From positions 486,344 through 550,343 of the forward strand of contig CAJINV010000013.1 in assembly GCA_905178155.1 (NCBI GenBank): a stretch of 64,000 bases of DNA, given 5' to 3'. Source of the DNA: Amoebophrya sp. A120 (taxonomy: Eukaryota; Protista; Dinoflagellata). The notes under the pieces were generated by a model, which made no database searches, was not told where the DNA came from, and saw only the letters and a program-made list of their open reading frames with translations. Shown piece after piece: positions 11,783 to 24,933 of the stretch (positions within the stretch are counted from its first letter, which is position 1; every line of letters starts with the position of its first letter). A program made the position numbers and the translations under genes.

Positions 11783-14700
11783 ATGCCCAGTGCTGCACCG
11801 GCGAAGGGGGACAAGAACTATCAGCGTCATCAACTACATCCTCAGCCAATTCTGCATCCTCCTCCTCCTCCTGCAATATGCACCACACCCACGCCTCGCA
11901 GAATCGTGCAACTCTCCCCTCCGTCCGCTGCGCCGGGGAACTCTACCACGGCCGCCCCTGTCGGAGAAGTAGACTTGCCGCTGTCCCCACCTCACACGAT
12001 GAATGCCCAAAACGTAGTGGTACCCGAGCAGGTCCCAAGCAAGCGGGGCCACGAGGTGCCGAAGAAGGTGATGTGGCTCACCGTCGTGCTGATTGGGATC
12101 TCCGTCGGGTTCGTGAATTTTACGATGGTGATTTTGGACGCGAAGGTCTTGCGGCTCAAGTTCAGCTACATTCAGGAACTGCTCTGGAACGAGGGGGTCA
12201 TCATCGCGATTCCGATTTTTGTACAAATTTGTTGCTTTTATTGTACGAAAGATGTCGCTTGACTTCGACTTGTTAACATACAAGGTAGACCACGTGGTGT
12301 ACTAGATGAGTCTGAGCGACGTGCGTTCAAAAACCCGGACGAGGTCATGCACAAAAATTTGTTTATCCCCTTCCCCTTGATAATAAAAATATCACTATAC
12401 ACCAGATCCTGGTGAGTTGTCTGTGCACTTTCGTCGCGTCCACGCTGACGGTGTTTCTCGCGCCGCTGTGCGCCGGCTCGGGCCTTCCGGAGATCAAGGG
12501 CTACCTAAACGGCAATCCGATGCCCGGGCTCTTCGTGTTGCAGCGGGCGTGGATCCGGATTTTCGGCATTATTCTCGTGATCGCCGCCGGACTGCCGCTG
12601 GGTCGCGAGGGTCCCATGGTGTGCATCGGCGGCAGCTGCGGCCTGCTGATCCTGACGAAGATTCTGAAGCCCTACTTCAAAAACTGGATCCGCTTGGCGC
12701 AGGACGACGAGCTCACCATCGTTATGGAGGAAGACAACTACCACTTGATCAAGCGCATGGGCTGCACCCTGGGCGCCGCGGCCGGTATCGCGGCCGCGTT
12801 CAATGCGCCAATTGGTGGCTGTCTGTACATGTTTGAGGAAACCAGCGGGATCTTGAACTGGACCAGTTTCCTCACCTTCGGGTCCTTTGTCTGCTGCGGT
12901 GTGGCGGTGTTGACGAACACGTTCATGATGGACGTATTCGGCATCGATTACCGGTTGGTGTACCAACTCGTGCTGTTCTCCATGCCCGAGCACGAACGGA
13001 TCGAGCGCGAGCCCTGGGACTGGCCGGACCTGGTCTGCATTTCCTTCCTCGCGGTGTTCACGGGCTCCGCTGCGCATTTTTTCACCAAGGGGGCGCTGTG
13101 GGTGTGGCGGGTGCGCCAGCTCCCGTGGAACGTGGTGCGGAGTGGGCGGTTGCTGGTGGGCGCGTTGCTGTTGACCAAGCAGGCCCTGCGGAAATTGAAG
13201 GAAGTTTTTGTGAAAATGAAAACTTGCTACAGGAGAACGAAGAGGAGCAAGAGCTTCAATTCAACCACGTCCCCCACTTTGTCCATCGCCTCCTCCAAGC
13301 AAGCGAGTGAAGCCAGCTGTATCAGTAACGCGTCGTCGACGCACCCGAGTTCCTCCGCCGGGGTGGTTTCCAACCACGGTGTGGTACCTGATCTAACCGG
13401 TACCCGGGCCACGAACGAGGGGTATCCCTTGTTTTCGCAAGCAGCGGGAGGTCCTGATCCGGGAGAAGTACAAATAGAGCCCGTGGATCCACGACTCCAG
13501 GCGGCGACGAGAAGAAAGAAGGAAAATGAATACAGGAAGATGAAGAACTCTTCGCTTTGGGAAAAATTCTTGTCCAGGATAAAAACGAAGTTTACAGCTA
13601 CGACAAAGCGGGCAAGAACATCCAGCGACAGCAGAAGAGTGGAAAGCAAGTATCTGAGCAACAGCAGCACGATATCACACAGAAAAAAGCTGGCAGGGCA
13701 TATTTGTAATGCAAAAATAAACACGCAAAAGCGTCTGCGTTGAATATCCGAAGCAGCATGCTATGGGGCCACCCATGACAAATTTTTCTGCGTATTTCTT
13801 TTTGCATTACAAATATGCCCTGCCAGCTTTTTTCTCTTGGATACACGACTACAACGACCAAAAGAAGGAAAAACCAAGTGGAACACTACAGCTCGGACGG
13901 GGACAAGGAAAAGGAAAGGAATGCGGCGCGGTGTGTGGTAGTCGTCTCCACCTCGGCAGCAATCGCGCCAGACAAGCAGCAACAGCAGGATCAACTCTTT
14001 CCAATCCCGAAGCTTCCCTCAAAGACGGATTATGGTGCGTCCACTACGGAAGGAGAAGAGGAGCCAGATCAACATTTGGATCACCGGTTTTACAACTACG
14101 CAAGCACAACGGACGAGGAAGGGGATCATGAGGAAGGCAAGTATAATCAACAACATCACCACACTATCTCCGAGAACAAGGGTGAAACAACATCAAAACC
14201 AGTGATCGTGAGACTCGAGGAAGTCACAGTGCAAAAGCCGAGCCCCGGAACCAGTGCTTGCACAGAGCACGAAAACGATGTGGATGCAGTATCAGAGAAA
14301 AAGGAAGGCAAGGACTACTCCGGAACTAGCGTCGTTGCTGAAGAAGGTTTGGCCGATGTTCACCTCGAGCGCAAGGTTTTGCACCAGCCGCAAGAGCAGG
14401 AGGACGACCCGACCATCGCAGCTCCTGCTAGCCAGCAGGAACCTCTTCAGGATGCGGATGCCTCCCCGAAAAAGCCCACGAAGACGCACTGGGGGAAGAA
14501 GGTCGCGCAAAACGAAATCCCGGACGTGACTGTGTGCTTCGAAACAAGACTGCTTTGCGCGAAATTCGGAAAAATCTGCGAGGTGGTGCTAGTCACCGCG
14601 TTCATTTTGACCATCATGGGCCTCGCCCCGCTTCTGTCGCATAAGTGCGAGCCGGTGGAGGAGCTAGTGCTCGACCACCGGAGGCACTGGGCAGCTTACA

Positions 14701-17700
14701 CCTGTGAGCAGGAGGAGAACACGGAGTACGTGGACAACCTGCGGGCGAAACAAGAGCACACACAGGGGTTGATCTCGCCCGACATCGACCTGACGTACAG
14801 CCCGCGGAGAGGGAGGAGAATGCTGGGAGACGGAAGTGAAGAAAACAACCTGGATCCGATGCTGGGAGGACAGGAACCACAAGAAAGTCAACCTGGCGCT
14901 ACGACGAGGAGAACCGATAGCAAAACTTCGAATCTTCTTGCCCGCCAAGGAGGACCATCATCACGGGCTCCCAGCAGTACCACCACGACACTTGCACTCG
15001 CGAACGAATTTTACCAAGAGCAAGATCCTCATCGTGAGGATGTAAGAGCACCTGAAGTAGATCAAGATTACTCTGAAAGTGAGCCTGCGTCTAGACTGCT
15101 GGCTGAGACCGTGGTCACCCACTTCAACCCGATGGCCACGATGTTCCTTCAGGGTGAGGAAGGGGCAATCAAGCACCTGTTTGCGCGGGACTACCGGTTT
15201 CGGCCAAAGCGGGTTTTGCAGCAAACCTCGACGGGCCAGCTCGAACTGTATGCCCCGACGGCGGGGAACGAGCCGAGCTCGAGCTACCACATCCCGCGGA
15301 ACCACCGAAACCACACGTTCTCCTACATCGAACTGCAGTGGCTGGTTTTGTCCCTGGTCATCTACGCCCCTTTGGCAATGCTGATTCCGGGACTGGCGAT
15401 GCCGTTCGGGATGTTTATCCCGAATCTGTTCATGGGAGCGGTCCTTGGCCGCATTGCGGGGGAGTTGGTACACATGATGGACTTCCTACCCTTCCGGCCA
15501 GCGCATCCAGGTTTTTACCTTTGCGTATGTCATACGTTTCTTCATGTTTAGTTTCTAGCGTCAGCAATTCGTTGCGCGAAAGGGAAAGGATCTTTGCCTG
15601 CGGCCGCTTCAAGCTTTCATTTACAGGTTCTGAATCTTTCATGACTACTCTGCTCAGACGTTGCGATGCATTTCAACATTTCAATAGGTTTTTATGCCGT
15701 CGCTGGTGCGGGTGCGATGCTTTCCGGATTTACGCACATGTCCATCGCTATCGTCGCGCTGCTGGTCGAGGCGACGCACGACATGGACATGGTCATTCCC
15801 ATTCTGGTTTCCATCCTGTTTGCGACGCTGACCAACAAGTACCTTGGCGGGGACAACTTCGACGAGCATTTGATCAAGTTGAAGAAAGTGCCACTTCTGT
15901 ACCCGGAACTGAAACTCGATTCGAAAACCAAAAATGTTGGCGACGTGATGGAGGTCTTTGCGGAGAACTCGCCACAGCTGAAGACCGAAGACACCAAAAT
16001 CTGCGACATCATCCAGCTACTGCACAACCACCCATCCCTAAGCCACTTCGTGGTCCTACGGAATGTGAATTGCGGAGGCCTCCTTGCGGGCAGCGGAAAG
16101 TTTTTGGGCGGCGGATCAGCTTGTAGTTACAACGCGCACCAGCAGCTGCAGCAAAGTTCTACCGCCGGGGTCATCGGGGGTGCGCCGTTGTCGAGCCCAG
16201 TGTCAACATCACCGAATGTTGGAAATAAACTTGGCTTGGAAAACCGCGGTGAATTGGTCAACACGTCTACTTCTGCAGACGGAGCCAAGGTTGACAAGGG
16301 TTGTCAAGAAGCTGCAACATCACACGACGAGGACAAGGTAGTGCCTAGAAGCACCTCCGAGGACTCTACTGCCCCAGCCTTGGTGGAAGTCACTGCCGCG
16401 CCTGGTAGTGTCTCCGCTGCACGACCGAACAGAACCGACAGCTGCCCGGAGACCGAGCTCCCGATTGCGGGCGCGCTCGCAGCAGACACATCGGGTGGGA
16501 CAGGTGCGGTCAATGCGGGGTACCAGAGTTGTGCTGGGAACAACGGAAATGGAGATCACGAGCGAAAATGCTCCTCTTCGGCTGCAACTTCGTCCCAGCA
16601 GCAGCATGTCTTGACCACCAAGAGTCTGACGATTGACGTGAAGCAGACCAGCGAGAGCAGCGCTGGAGAAGTCCAGCAAACCCTTGCGATACCGCACCCC
16701 CAGCAGCCATGCAACCCGGCGCAGTTCCAGGCCGTTCCAAACATCGCCCAGCAAACGAGCCAAATCTACTACAACCCAGTGCCGCCATCCACAAGGGAGA
16801 AAAAGAATCTCCTGACCACGACATGCACGAATTACGAGCCGAACTTTGACGCAATGTGCACGAACTACGACGGGGCATTGTCGTGTGCGAACGGAAAAAA
16901 CGATAATGGTACTGGCTCCCAGTCCGGTCAGCATAGTAGTTCTACTCACCCTCACAGTTATGGTGGCGGTCCTCGTCCCACCGCTAGTCCTACCGCGAGC
17001 TCGGTCGAAATCGTCGGCCTCATCTCGCGGCAGCGGCTGGAAAAAGTGGTCTCCCTGCACCAAGACATGCTGAACGTGTGGCAGCAGTGCCAGACCTACG
17101 GCTGCCAGCTCACCGGACAGCACAATCGGCTGGACGGAACTACGGCACAGTTGGCCGTCGGAGGTGAGTTCGTCCCTGTAGGCGGTTGTGCAGCTGCGGG
17201 TGCTGCGCTAGCGGGCGGGGTGGACCACCATCCAATGCAGGGTGCCCACACGACCGTGGTGGATATCGCACAGAGCAACCTCGAATTCGTGCAAAATTTG
17301 AACAACACCATCAACTCTCCGTCGCTGCCGCCGCTGATCAACACGCGGGTGCACCGGCTGTCCCAGGCCGACTTCAACCCGATCGACGAGGAGGATTCGC
17401 TCGTCCTGGAGGAAGAGGACGACTTCATCGAAATGCACCAGCAGCAGTGGCAGCGCACGCAGTCGTTGACAACCGCCAGCAGCGATTTGCTGCACGCATT
17501 GGAGACGAACTGGGGCAATAATTCCACCGACATGATGCTACCCCATCTACCTACTAGCGGGACTTCTAACGCGGGGGCCCTGTTAGCCGGAGCCGGTGGC
17601 TCGGCTTTCTCCCCCTTTTCCGGAGCGGCCGCAGCGGCCCAGGGCTTTTTTTCCTCCAGTACGTCCCGCCGACAGTCGGAAGACGATATGATCCCGGGGC

Positions 17701-20597
17701 TTCGCAATGCCAGCAGTGACGCCACGGTGTTTCAGAGGACGCTGAACATGTGGAAAACGAGGTGCGTCGGTGGGGGAAGTGGCGGCGTTGTGAAATCCAG
17801 TTCGTCGCCTGTGTCCCGGAACAGTTCGGCCTCCGCATTCATGAAGCAGCTCGCGTTTGGCGCAGGTTCTTCTTCTGTGACGAGCGCTGGGATGGTTGGG
17901 AATAATTCTAACCACAACAGTGGTCAGGGTCAGAATCGTGGGCTGGTGCACAACCATCCGTCCTCGCACCAAGTGCCCGAGCCGCCGCGAAGAAGTTTCA
18001 CGACTACCAGCTTCGGGAGCACCATCACAAATCCAAACTTGCACAACCCCGTCCCAACGCCCGGGAAAAATCTTCACGCAGGTCGTGGTCAGCTTGGAAC
18101 TAACAGCACAACCACCAGAACGCAACAACAACACCATCATAGCTCCTCGTCCTTCATTCCGGGCCTGCTCCAACCGGGACGTAGTCGCAGTAGCATTTTG
18201 GGCGGGAAGTTTGGAGGCAGTAAGAATTCGAAGTGGATGAACAAAAACGCAGGCAGCTCCAGTAGTACTGCGACGTCTGTGACGTCCAACAGTCCAGAGC
18301 GGAACAAAACGTCCGTCACGGTCTTTGGCGTACCCAAAAACGGAAACATCTTCCAGAGCCCGTTCCGCATACGGAACTTGGCGAAGAGTAGCAAAGCTAG
18401 CAAAACTACGGCTGCGCCACGGCTACAGCAGGGTACAAATCTTCACGCGACAGACCGACGGAACCGACTGCCAACGACGAGGGCGGAAGATTTAGACCTG
18501 AATTCAGAGGCGCATGACGCAGGTCGTGCGGAAAAAGTTTCTGCTGAAATAACTAATCGCCAGCACAAAAATCGTGGAAAGTTGTCGCACGGCACAAGAA
18601 CAACTACAAGAGATGAAGATGTAGGAGACCACCACCGTCGGTCCGATCGCGTGGCCCTTTCTGCCAAGGGCACCTCTGGAGACGAGACTTTTATCCCTGT
18701 AGGAGACGACGACTCGCTGGGTGAGGAGGGAGATGACGCCGGGATTCTGAGTCCAGACCAGCGGAAGAGGCGAAAAAACCGCCGCACGAGCATGCCCTGC
18801 TCCCCGGTGTTTCGCCACGGGAAAAAGTTTGCGCACCCGCTGAGCTTCTTTTTCTCATCCTCCTCCGGGTCGACGGCCAATGGTGCCAACAAACACTCTC
18901 CGACGATAAGCCAGGAAGTCGGTGCTGGGAGTAGTGGCAGTAGAAGTGGAGTCCTCGGAGGTGGCACAACTACCGCAAAGGGGAACAATGACGGAGCTAG
19001 TAGAGAACCTACTTCCTCTTCTAGTTCTAACAATGTCCTCCACCTCGACAGGACGAACAAGAACCGGAACAAAATTTCCGTCAGGAGGGGGAATGACTTT
19101 GACGCACACGAGAACCAGCAGCACGACGGGAAGCACCTTTCTGGTTCTGGGGTTGATCATTACGAACACTCCCGTTCAGAACAGAGTTCCCCCGCTCCGC
19201 CCGTCGTACCCGGACGATGGATCCGCTCCTCCAACGGCTCGTGGATCCGCGAACAGATCGTCGATCCGAACAGAGATCTCGTCGGGGAACGGTCCGTCGT
19301 GCCCGAGGCCGGGGCGAGCAAGGGAAAAACGCTGACGGGGCGAAGGGAGAATGACGAAAGGCACCTGCTACAGGACCACCTGGATGTTGAAGATTCATCA
19401 CTTGCGCCAGGAGCAGATCATGTTGCTCCGTCTTCTTCAAACAGTAACTTCAAAAATCCAAATCGTTTTCATCAGGATCATCAAACTAACCCCGGCGATG
19501 TTGAGACACACAATTTTGTAGGCGACACCGATGAGGGGGAGGGCGCGAAGCAACTGGAGGCATTTGTGCAGAAGAAGTTGCTTCGGTCCCGCAGCTTTCC
19601 GAGCGCTTTGCGGCACCGACATCTCCTGCCCAAGTGGAAATGGAGCCACCACTTCGGCGAGCCGCACCCGCACCAGCGTTCGAACAGTAGAGGCCAGAGG
19701 AGAAGAAGAAGGAGCATTCGGAACAGCAGACACAGAGGACACAGTTCGCTCTCCACCTCGTCCAGTGTTGCCACCAACGTCGCAGCCGCGACCGTATCCG
19801 GAGAAGCATCGGCCGCGGAGGCAACCCAAGAAGCGGATCCTTCTTCGCCACCAGAAATGAGAATGTCGGCACAACAAGATCGTGTCGAGACTGTGAAGAC
19901 AGTTGTGCCGAGCAACTCTAGAAGAAGTACTCGGCCGGACGAGGCGGAGCAGGAGGGCCGCGGGGGTGCCAGAAATAAGACCAATTTTGGGCAGAAGGAG
20001 TCCGACGACGACGAAGAAATTGATCCAGATAAGATGCAAGTAGTGGCTTCGATTGTAGTTGCACCAGCTTCCACAACTGCGGTTGAGTGCTGCAACAAAG
20101 ATCATGAACGCGGCTTCCAGGAGAGGACGAGGGACGTCGGACGAGATGTCGATACTACTTCGAAGCCACTTCCTCGCGAAGAGGCCAATCCGGATGGCGC
20201 GCAGCGCGCGGGCCAGCCAGGGGAAATAAAGGATACAGTACAATTACCAGAAGAAGATCATCAATGGAGTCCAAGTTGTGCACCGCCCCCCGTGGGGGCA
20301 CAACCCGCCACTCAACAGCGACAACAGCAGCCCGCAAAAGATCTTCCGGTGCAGCAGAGCGTCGAGAGGAACGAAGCCAACGACCCTGAAGAGGACAACT
20401 CGAAACTTCTGGACACCATCAGTCTGTGGAACCTGATTGACCCCGCGCCCTACTGCGTGGGCCCCGACTTCCCCATCCAGCGCATTTACCCGCTGTTCAT
20501 TTCCGCCCACCCGGTGCCGGCCGTGGTCGTGTACGAGCGGGGGCGATTGCGAGGGGTGCTCACCCGGAGGCATCTTACGCACTTGTCGCACGAGTGA
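11783..20597 (+). CDS. CLC-family chloride channel / Cl-/H+ exchanger, ~2,758 aa. Exons 11783-12220, 12406-13672, 13849-15510, 15688-20597
   Basis: CLC signatures GSGLPE, GREGP, AAAFNAPIGG..EE and GMFIP; CBS-like segments near 15940 and 20420. The joined exons total 8277 nt (divisible by 3). Introns 12221-12405 and 15511-15687 are GT-AG; 13673-13848 is non-canonical. Confidence 0.88.
13673..13843. mobile_element. Introner (TIR element acting as non-canonical intron) in the CLC gene, family B
   Basis: TAT...ATA ends; ~45-60 bp TIR (AGAAAAAAGCTGGCAGGGCATATTTGTAATGCAAAAA and its reverse complement); perfect 5-bp direct repeat CACGA (13668-72 / 13844-48). Removal joins ORFs 12412 and 13815 in frame. 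Confidence 0.93.
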
Positions 20598-22197
20598 TAT
20601 ACAAGTAGTCAGAAACGAATAAACTTTTTTGGTTTATTTCGCAAACGAGCAGGATAGGGATCGTGATCCATGGACGAGGACAACAAGAATCTCCTGCGGA
20701 CCACCTCGGTCACGAACAAAATAGGTTTTTTCATCGGTTGAATCAGTATGCTATCAGCCACAGCGTTACAGCCACACTTCTTTTGTGCTGTGCTATTTGA
20801 CGAGGTCGCGTGCACTACAAACACAAACTTTTGTCTTTTCGAAAGAGCTTGCGTTCTATGATTTTCAGTTCAGTATACTTCGCTGTAGTCGCATGATACA
20901 GCCAAAGAATTTCTTAGATTTTGTCAACCAACATACAGATAATTCGATCAAGAAATTGTCGTGCCAGTGGCCGACACCGGGTTTGTTAATATTGAAGTAG
21001 CGTCTTTGCCGTGCAGCTATTTTGAATACCAATTTTGCCTACCAAGAATGCTTTTACCTCTTGTATTATCGCGTTTTTCACCACTCCGCTTTTGCAGTAC
21101 AAAGAATTCTGCTACAAGTACTACTGTTCTTTTTTCCTTGATTTCTTTGAGTTCTACAGGTTTCATCTGCCACCTTGATTCGCGACCTTATGTTTGAGCC
21201 CTTTTTTTGCCGGTGCGTGTTGACCTATGCGTTAGCATTAGCTAGGTATGAGACATGAATTTCCATCGACTTCTGCACCGTCCTACACTGTTTTCTTTTC
21301 CCGTACACGAAGGCAAAACCGCATGGCCTCTACCTAGATATTACGATAAGACGTTTATTGAAAATACAAAGAGGACTTCTACTTCGTTCTCGTAGTTGCC
21401 CCCGGTTTAGTACATCTTCAACTGAAGGACATCAACATCAAGAAGTTTTAGAGCTTCAAACAGTTTTATGCGAGTGGACCTCCACTCGTGTAGAAGCAGA
21501 CTGACCCCTACCTCATACTGCATGTTTTGTGTCTGTCAACCGCACAGGAGGCGTTACCTTGATTGCGTGAACCAGCTCGTCTGTACGTACTCGTGAAGCG
21601 TCTTTCGTAAATTCGTGAACCAGCGGCCTCATGGGACTCGTTGCACCACCGTGAGCCGGGATTAAAGAATGATAGCAGGAAGATCCTTGTCGCTGTCACT
21701 CGTTTTGTCGTCGATCGATTTTTAGCTTTCGCATAATGATGCAGCAACGCCAACGTAGTCGAAGAAATATCGTTGCGTTACCCTTCTTGTTTTCAATAAG
21801 TCGATTCGTTTTTTTTAATTTTCGGGGAAGAAGGAGCTGATGCGTAGCCTCCGGCTCAACGAAAGACTACAAATTCGGCATGAACCAGAAGCGAAACGGT
21901 TTTTGTTGTCTCACCAAATTGATAAAAAACCTGTTTCGTGATCGATTTCCCTTCGAGAACTATCCTGTAAAATTTTTCCCACGTCTAATTTCCCGAAATA
22001 ACAATGGACACTTCTGCTCAACGTCCCGTGTCGCAAAAAAGCTCTAAAAACCCAGACGAATTCGTTGTCGTTCCAGTCCTTGCAGAGAGCTACAGGCTGG
22101 TACAAGATTTTCCTCTTAGAAACGGCGACTCTTCTGCCTCCTCTGCAAAGGGAACGACAAAACCAGAGGTATTCTTGAAGGTTCACCATTTTAATTC

Positions 22198-24600
22198 ATG
22201 CATCATCCTCCCTGTAAGAAGATGAAGATCGCGCAAACTACATCAAAAGGCACTTTTCAACATTTTCAGATCGCGCGATCAAACATTAACAAGGTACTAC
22301 TGAACGACCGCAAGGGCGGAAACGAGCCGGACCAAAAGATGTTGTCCGCGTGCGAGAACGACGGTAGGACGAGCAAGGAGGTGGCCGCCAGAACGACGTC
22401 CACCAAGCACTCCACCACCAGCAGATCAGCTGCTGACGAGGCTACGACTCTTCTGGACGGACGAGATAAAGACATTGAAAATCATCTCGTCCACGACCCT
22501 ACCACAAGACAAGCTACGAGGACCGCAACCATTTCGTGGTGGACGCGGAACAAAGCGAGCAAAGGCGCGTTTCTCCTTGCGGCCGTTCTCGTTATCGTCT
22601 TCCTAATCGCCGCCTACGTCGCGATCGCATACTTTTCCGAATTGAAAAATCAGCCGAAAAAAATATTACACACACATCAAGAAATACTAGAGACAACCCG
22701 CCGTCCTGGGACGGAACAGACTGCTGAAGCGGTTTTCAACGTGGAGGGGGCTGTGCGTTTTGAACAAGATCATTCCTCGTCTTCACCAGAAGAACGGACT
22801 GCAACCTCCGTAGGATCCAGGACGGACCGCGAAGCTTCTGGCTCCACGATCGAACAAGAGAAGCCGAAGCGGGAAGAACTGCTGAAAGTGCTGAGACTCA
22901 ACGCTGACGGTAGCGCCACAAGTACTGCCGTTAGCGAAGCTACGACTCAACATCTACCTTCGGACACTTATCATCCCTTCCTTGACGCCGACGGGGATGA
23001 AGAAGTTGTCACAGAAGACGACTCGGCCTCCGCCGCGGCCGACGAGAAAGACGACCTCGCTTCCCGTCAAGAAGGGCCACACGAGGCCGTTGCTTACCCT
23101 GACGAGATCACGCAGTTCCCCTCACTGGAAGCGACATCGTCCTCTCCGCAAAGTCCGGCGCCGCTTGAAGCTCCTGACGAGGGAGTGAAGCGAAAAATTA
23201 CGGGTCTCAGCAATTTGGCCACTTCCAGCTCTCTTCACCAGCCGGTGCCGGAACTGCTGGACCGGACGTGGTCGCTGCTTCCCGCACGGATTCAGAGCGA
23301 AAACGCCGGAGCTCTTGCTACCGGTGACGAGGACCGCCCACGGGCTCGCCACGAAAACTCAGCGTCGCTTTCGACCAACACTGACAAATCAAAGCTCCTC
23401 GACACCCACGATGTCAAGATCACCCAACATGAAGCGGGGCTTTCGCAGATCCCGGGCGCGGGCGATTTTAACGACTTCTTTTGGAAGACCGAGTGGCCTG
23501 CTACGTTGGGAGACAAGGAGGTGGATGTTGGCGGGAGTGAATCCTCTGCACAAGCAGGCACGGATGAAGTAGACATGACGTTGCCGAAGGACGCGCATTC
23601 TTCTGCCTACTTTTCCGTGAAACCCGCAAGGGAGCTGCGGTGCTTGTGCCCGAACTGGAACACTTTAGCCGAGCAAACACGGAAACGCGAAGTGCCGCGC
23701 TCGAACGTGTTCGTCATATCGCCGCAGGTTCCGGCGGTGATCTCGAAGGAGGATGCGCAAGCGATGTTTCCGGGGCTCTTGTCTGATGCGGGCAACAGTA
23801 GAGAAGCTGCGGGCGGAGATGAGAGTGGCTCGACAAACAGCGACTGCGGACTCTCACCCGGCATACAGCACTTCAGCCACGAAGCAGCGTGGCGAGCGGT
23901 TGAGTTGGTTTCTTCGTTTCTGGAGTCCGAAAAGCTCTTGCAGGACAAAAGCATCACGTTGCTCGACGCCTTCGAGGACCTGAACTCTTGGTCATCGCGG
24001 GCAGATCTCTTTCGCACTGCAGTCGTTTATTTGTGTGGAGGCGTGTACATCGACGGAAAAACAGCGGCCGCCAGAAACGGACAGGCTGACGCGATCGCAG
24101 CAGGTCATAAGCTAGAGCAGCTGGCGGTCCTCGATACGCTTTTCTCTAACGACACGATGGCACAAGACCCGGCAGATGTTAGTCGGACACATTCCGCTAT
24201 TGTGCTCGCAACCGGCGACTTGGGGATCTGCTTGGATCCCGGCTGGAACATGGGCAGCACGAAAGGGAAGCTACAGAATGCGTTCTTTGCTGCGCCCCCG
24301 CAAGCTTCTGCACTCCTGTACATCCTACAGCAGCAGATCCGTAATGTGCAAAGTCATTCGCGTGGGCATGCAGAGGATCGTGGCAAGCGAGACATAGATG
24401 CCGTTGGCCCGGGCGCCTTTGTAGACGCACTTCTTCAGCACGAGTGCTTTCGGCGCACTTTCTTGCCCAGGTGCGTGGCCGATGGTACGGGACATTTTCC
24501 AGACACGGCTACTTCAGAGTTGCGGGATATTAATGCGGAATGGGCTTTTGTGAAGTTGGACCAAGACTGGCTACGAGGAAAAATGATTCTATCACCATGA
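22198..24600 (+). CDS. Type II membrane glycosyltransferase, GT32/DXD (Gly_transf_sug)-like domain; probably the 5' part of a gene continuing to 28025
   Basis: Single TM (AFLLAAVLVIVFLIAAYVAIAYF); motif RADLFRTAVVYLCGGVYID; QNAFFAA and GPG downstream. Confidence 0.75.
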   Translation: MHHPPCKKMKIAQTTSKGTFQHFQIARSNINKVLLNDRKGGNEPDQKMLSACENDGRTSKEVAARTTSTKHSTTSRSAADEATTLLDGRDKDIENHLVHDPTTRQATRTATISWWTRNKASKGAFLLAAVLVIVFLIAAYVAIAYFSELKNQPKKILHTHQEILETTRRPGTEQTAEAVFNVEGAVRFEQDHSSSSPEERTATSVGSRTDREASGSTIEQEKPKREELLKVLRLNADGSATSTAVSEATTQHLPSDTYHPFLDADGDEEVVTEDDSASAAADEKDDLASRQEGPHEAVAYPDEITQFPSLEATSSSPQSPAPLEAPDEGVKRKITGLSNLATSSSLHQPVPELLDRTWSLLPARIQSENAGALATGDEDRPRARHENSASLSTNTDKSKLLDTHDVKITQHEAGLSQIPGAGDFNDFFWKTEWPATLGDKEVDVGGSESSAQAGTDEVDMTLPKDAHSSAYFSVKPARELRCLCPNWNTLAEQTRKREVPRSNVFVISPQVPAVISKEDAQAMFPGLLSDAGNSREAAGGDESGSTNSDCGLSPGIQHFSHEAAWRAVELVSSFLESEKLLQDKSITLLDAFEDLNSWSSRADLFRTAVVYLCGGVYIDGKTAAARNGQADAIAAGHKLEQLAVLDTLFSNDTMAQDPADVSRTHSAIVLATGDLGICLDPGWNMGSTKGKLQNAFFAAPPQASALLYILQQQIRNVQSHSRGHAEDRGKRDIDAVGPGAFVDALLQHECFRRTFLPRCVADGTGHFPDTATSELRDINAEWAFVKLDQDWLRGKMILSP

Positions 24601-24928
24601 AAAGTGCCTCTCCTATCCCAGAAAGTAATGAGGAATCGCGTGCGGCGATGCAAGGTTCGTCAGTGGGCGCACTATTTTTTATGAGCGTGGTGACTGATGA
24701 CTTGTTCGCGATCCAGGGGGACAGTGAAACTCTCTGTTCTACGGTGTCACAGTATAGTAAAAGCGACAGCTGCCATCGTAGGAAAGCTGCGTGTTGGTTC
24801 TGGTCGCTTGTCATGTTCATGCACTGCAGTCTATTTGAAGTTTTGGTTTTCATCTTGACATGTTCTTGCAATACCAACTCTGCAGCTTTGCCTTTCTAGG
24901 AGTGGGGAACTTGTTTTTTACTTTCATA
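24590..24928. mobile_element. Putative degenerate TAT...ATA non-canonical intron joining the two glycosyltransferase ORFs
   Basis: Starts TATCACCATGAAAAGT and ends ACTTTCATA. Removing it plus 5 nt gives in-frame ATT-CCC-TTT into a frame open from 24900. TIR and direct repeat are weak. Confidence 0.4.
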
Positions 24929-24933
24929 TTCCC

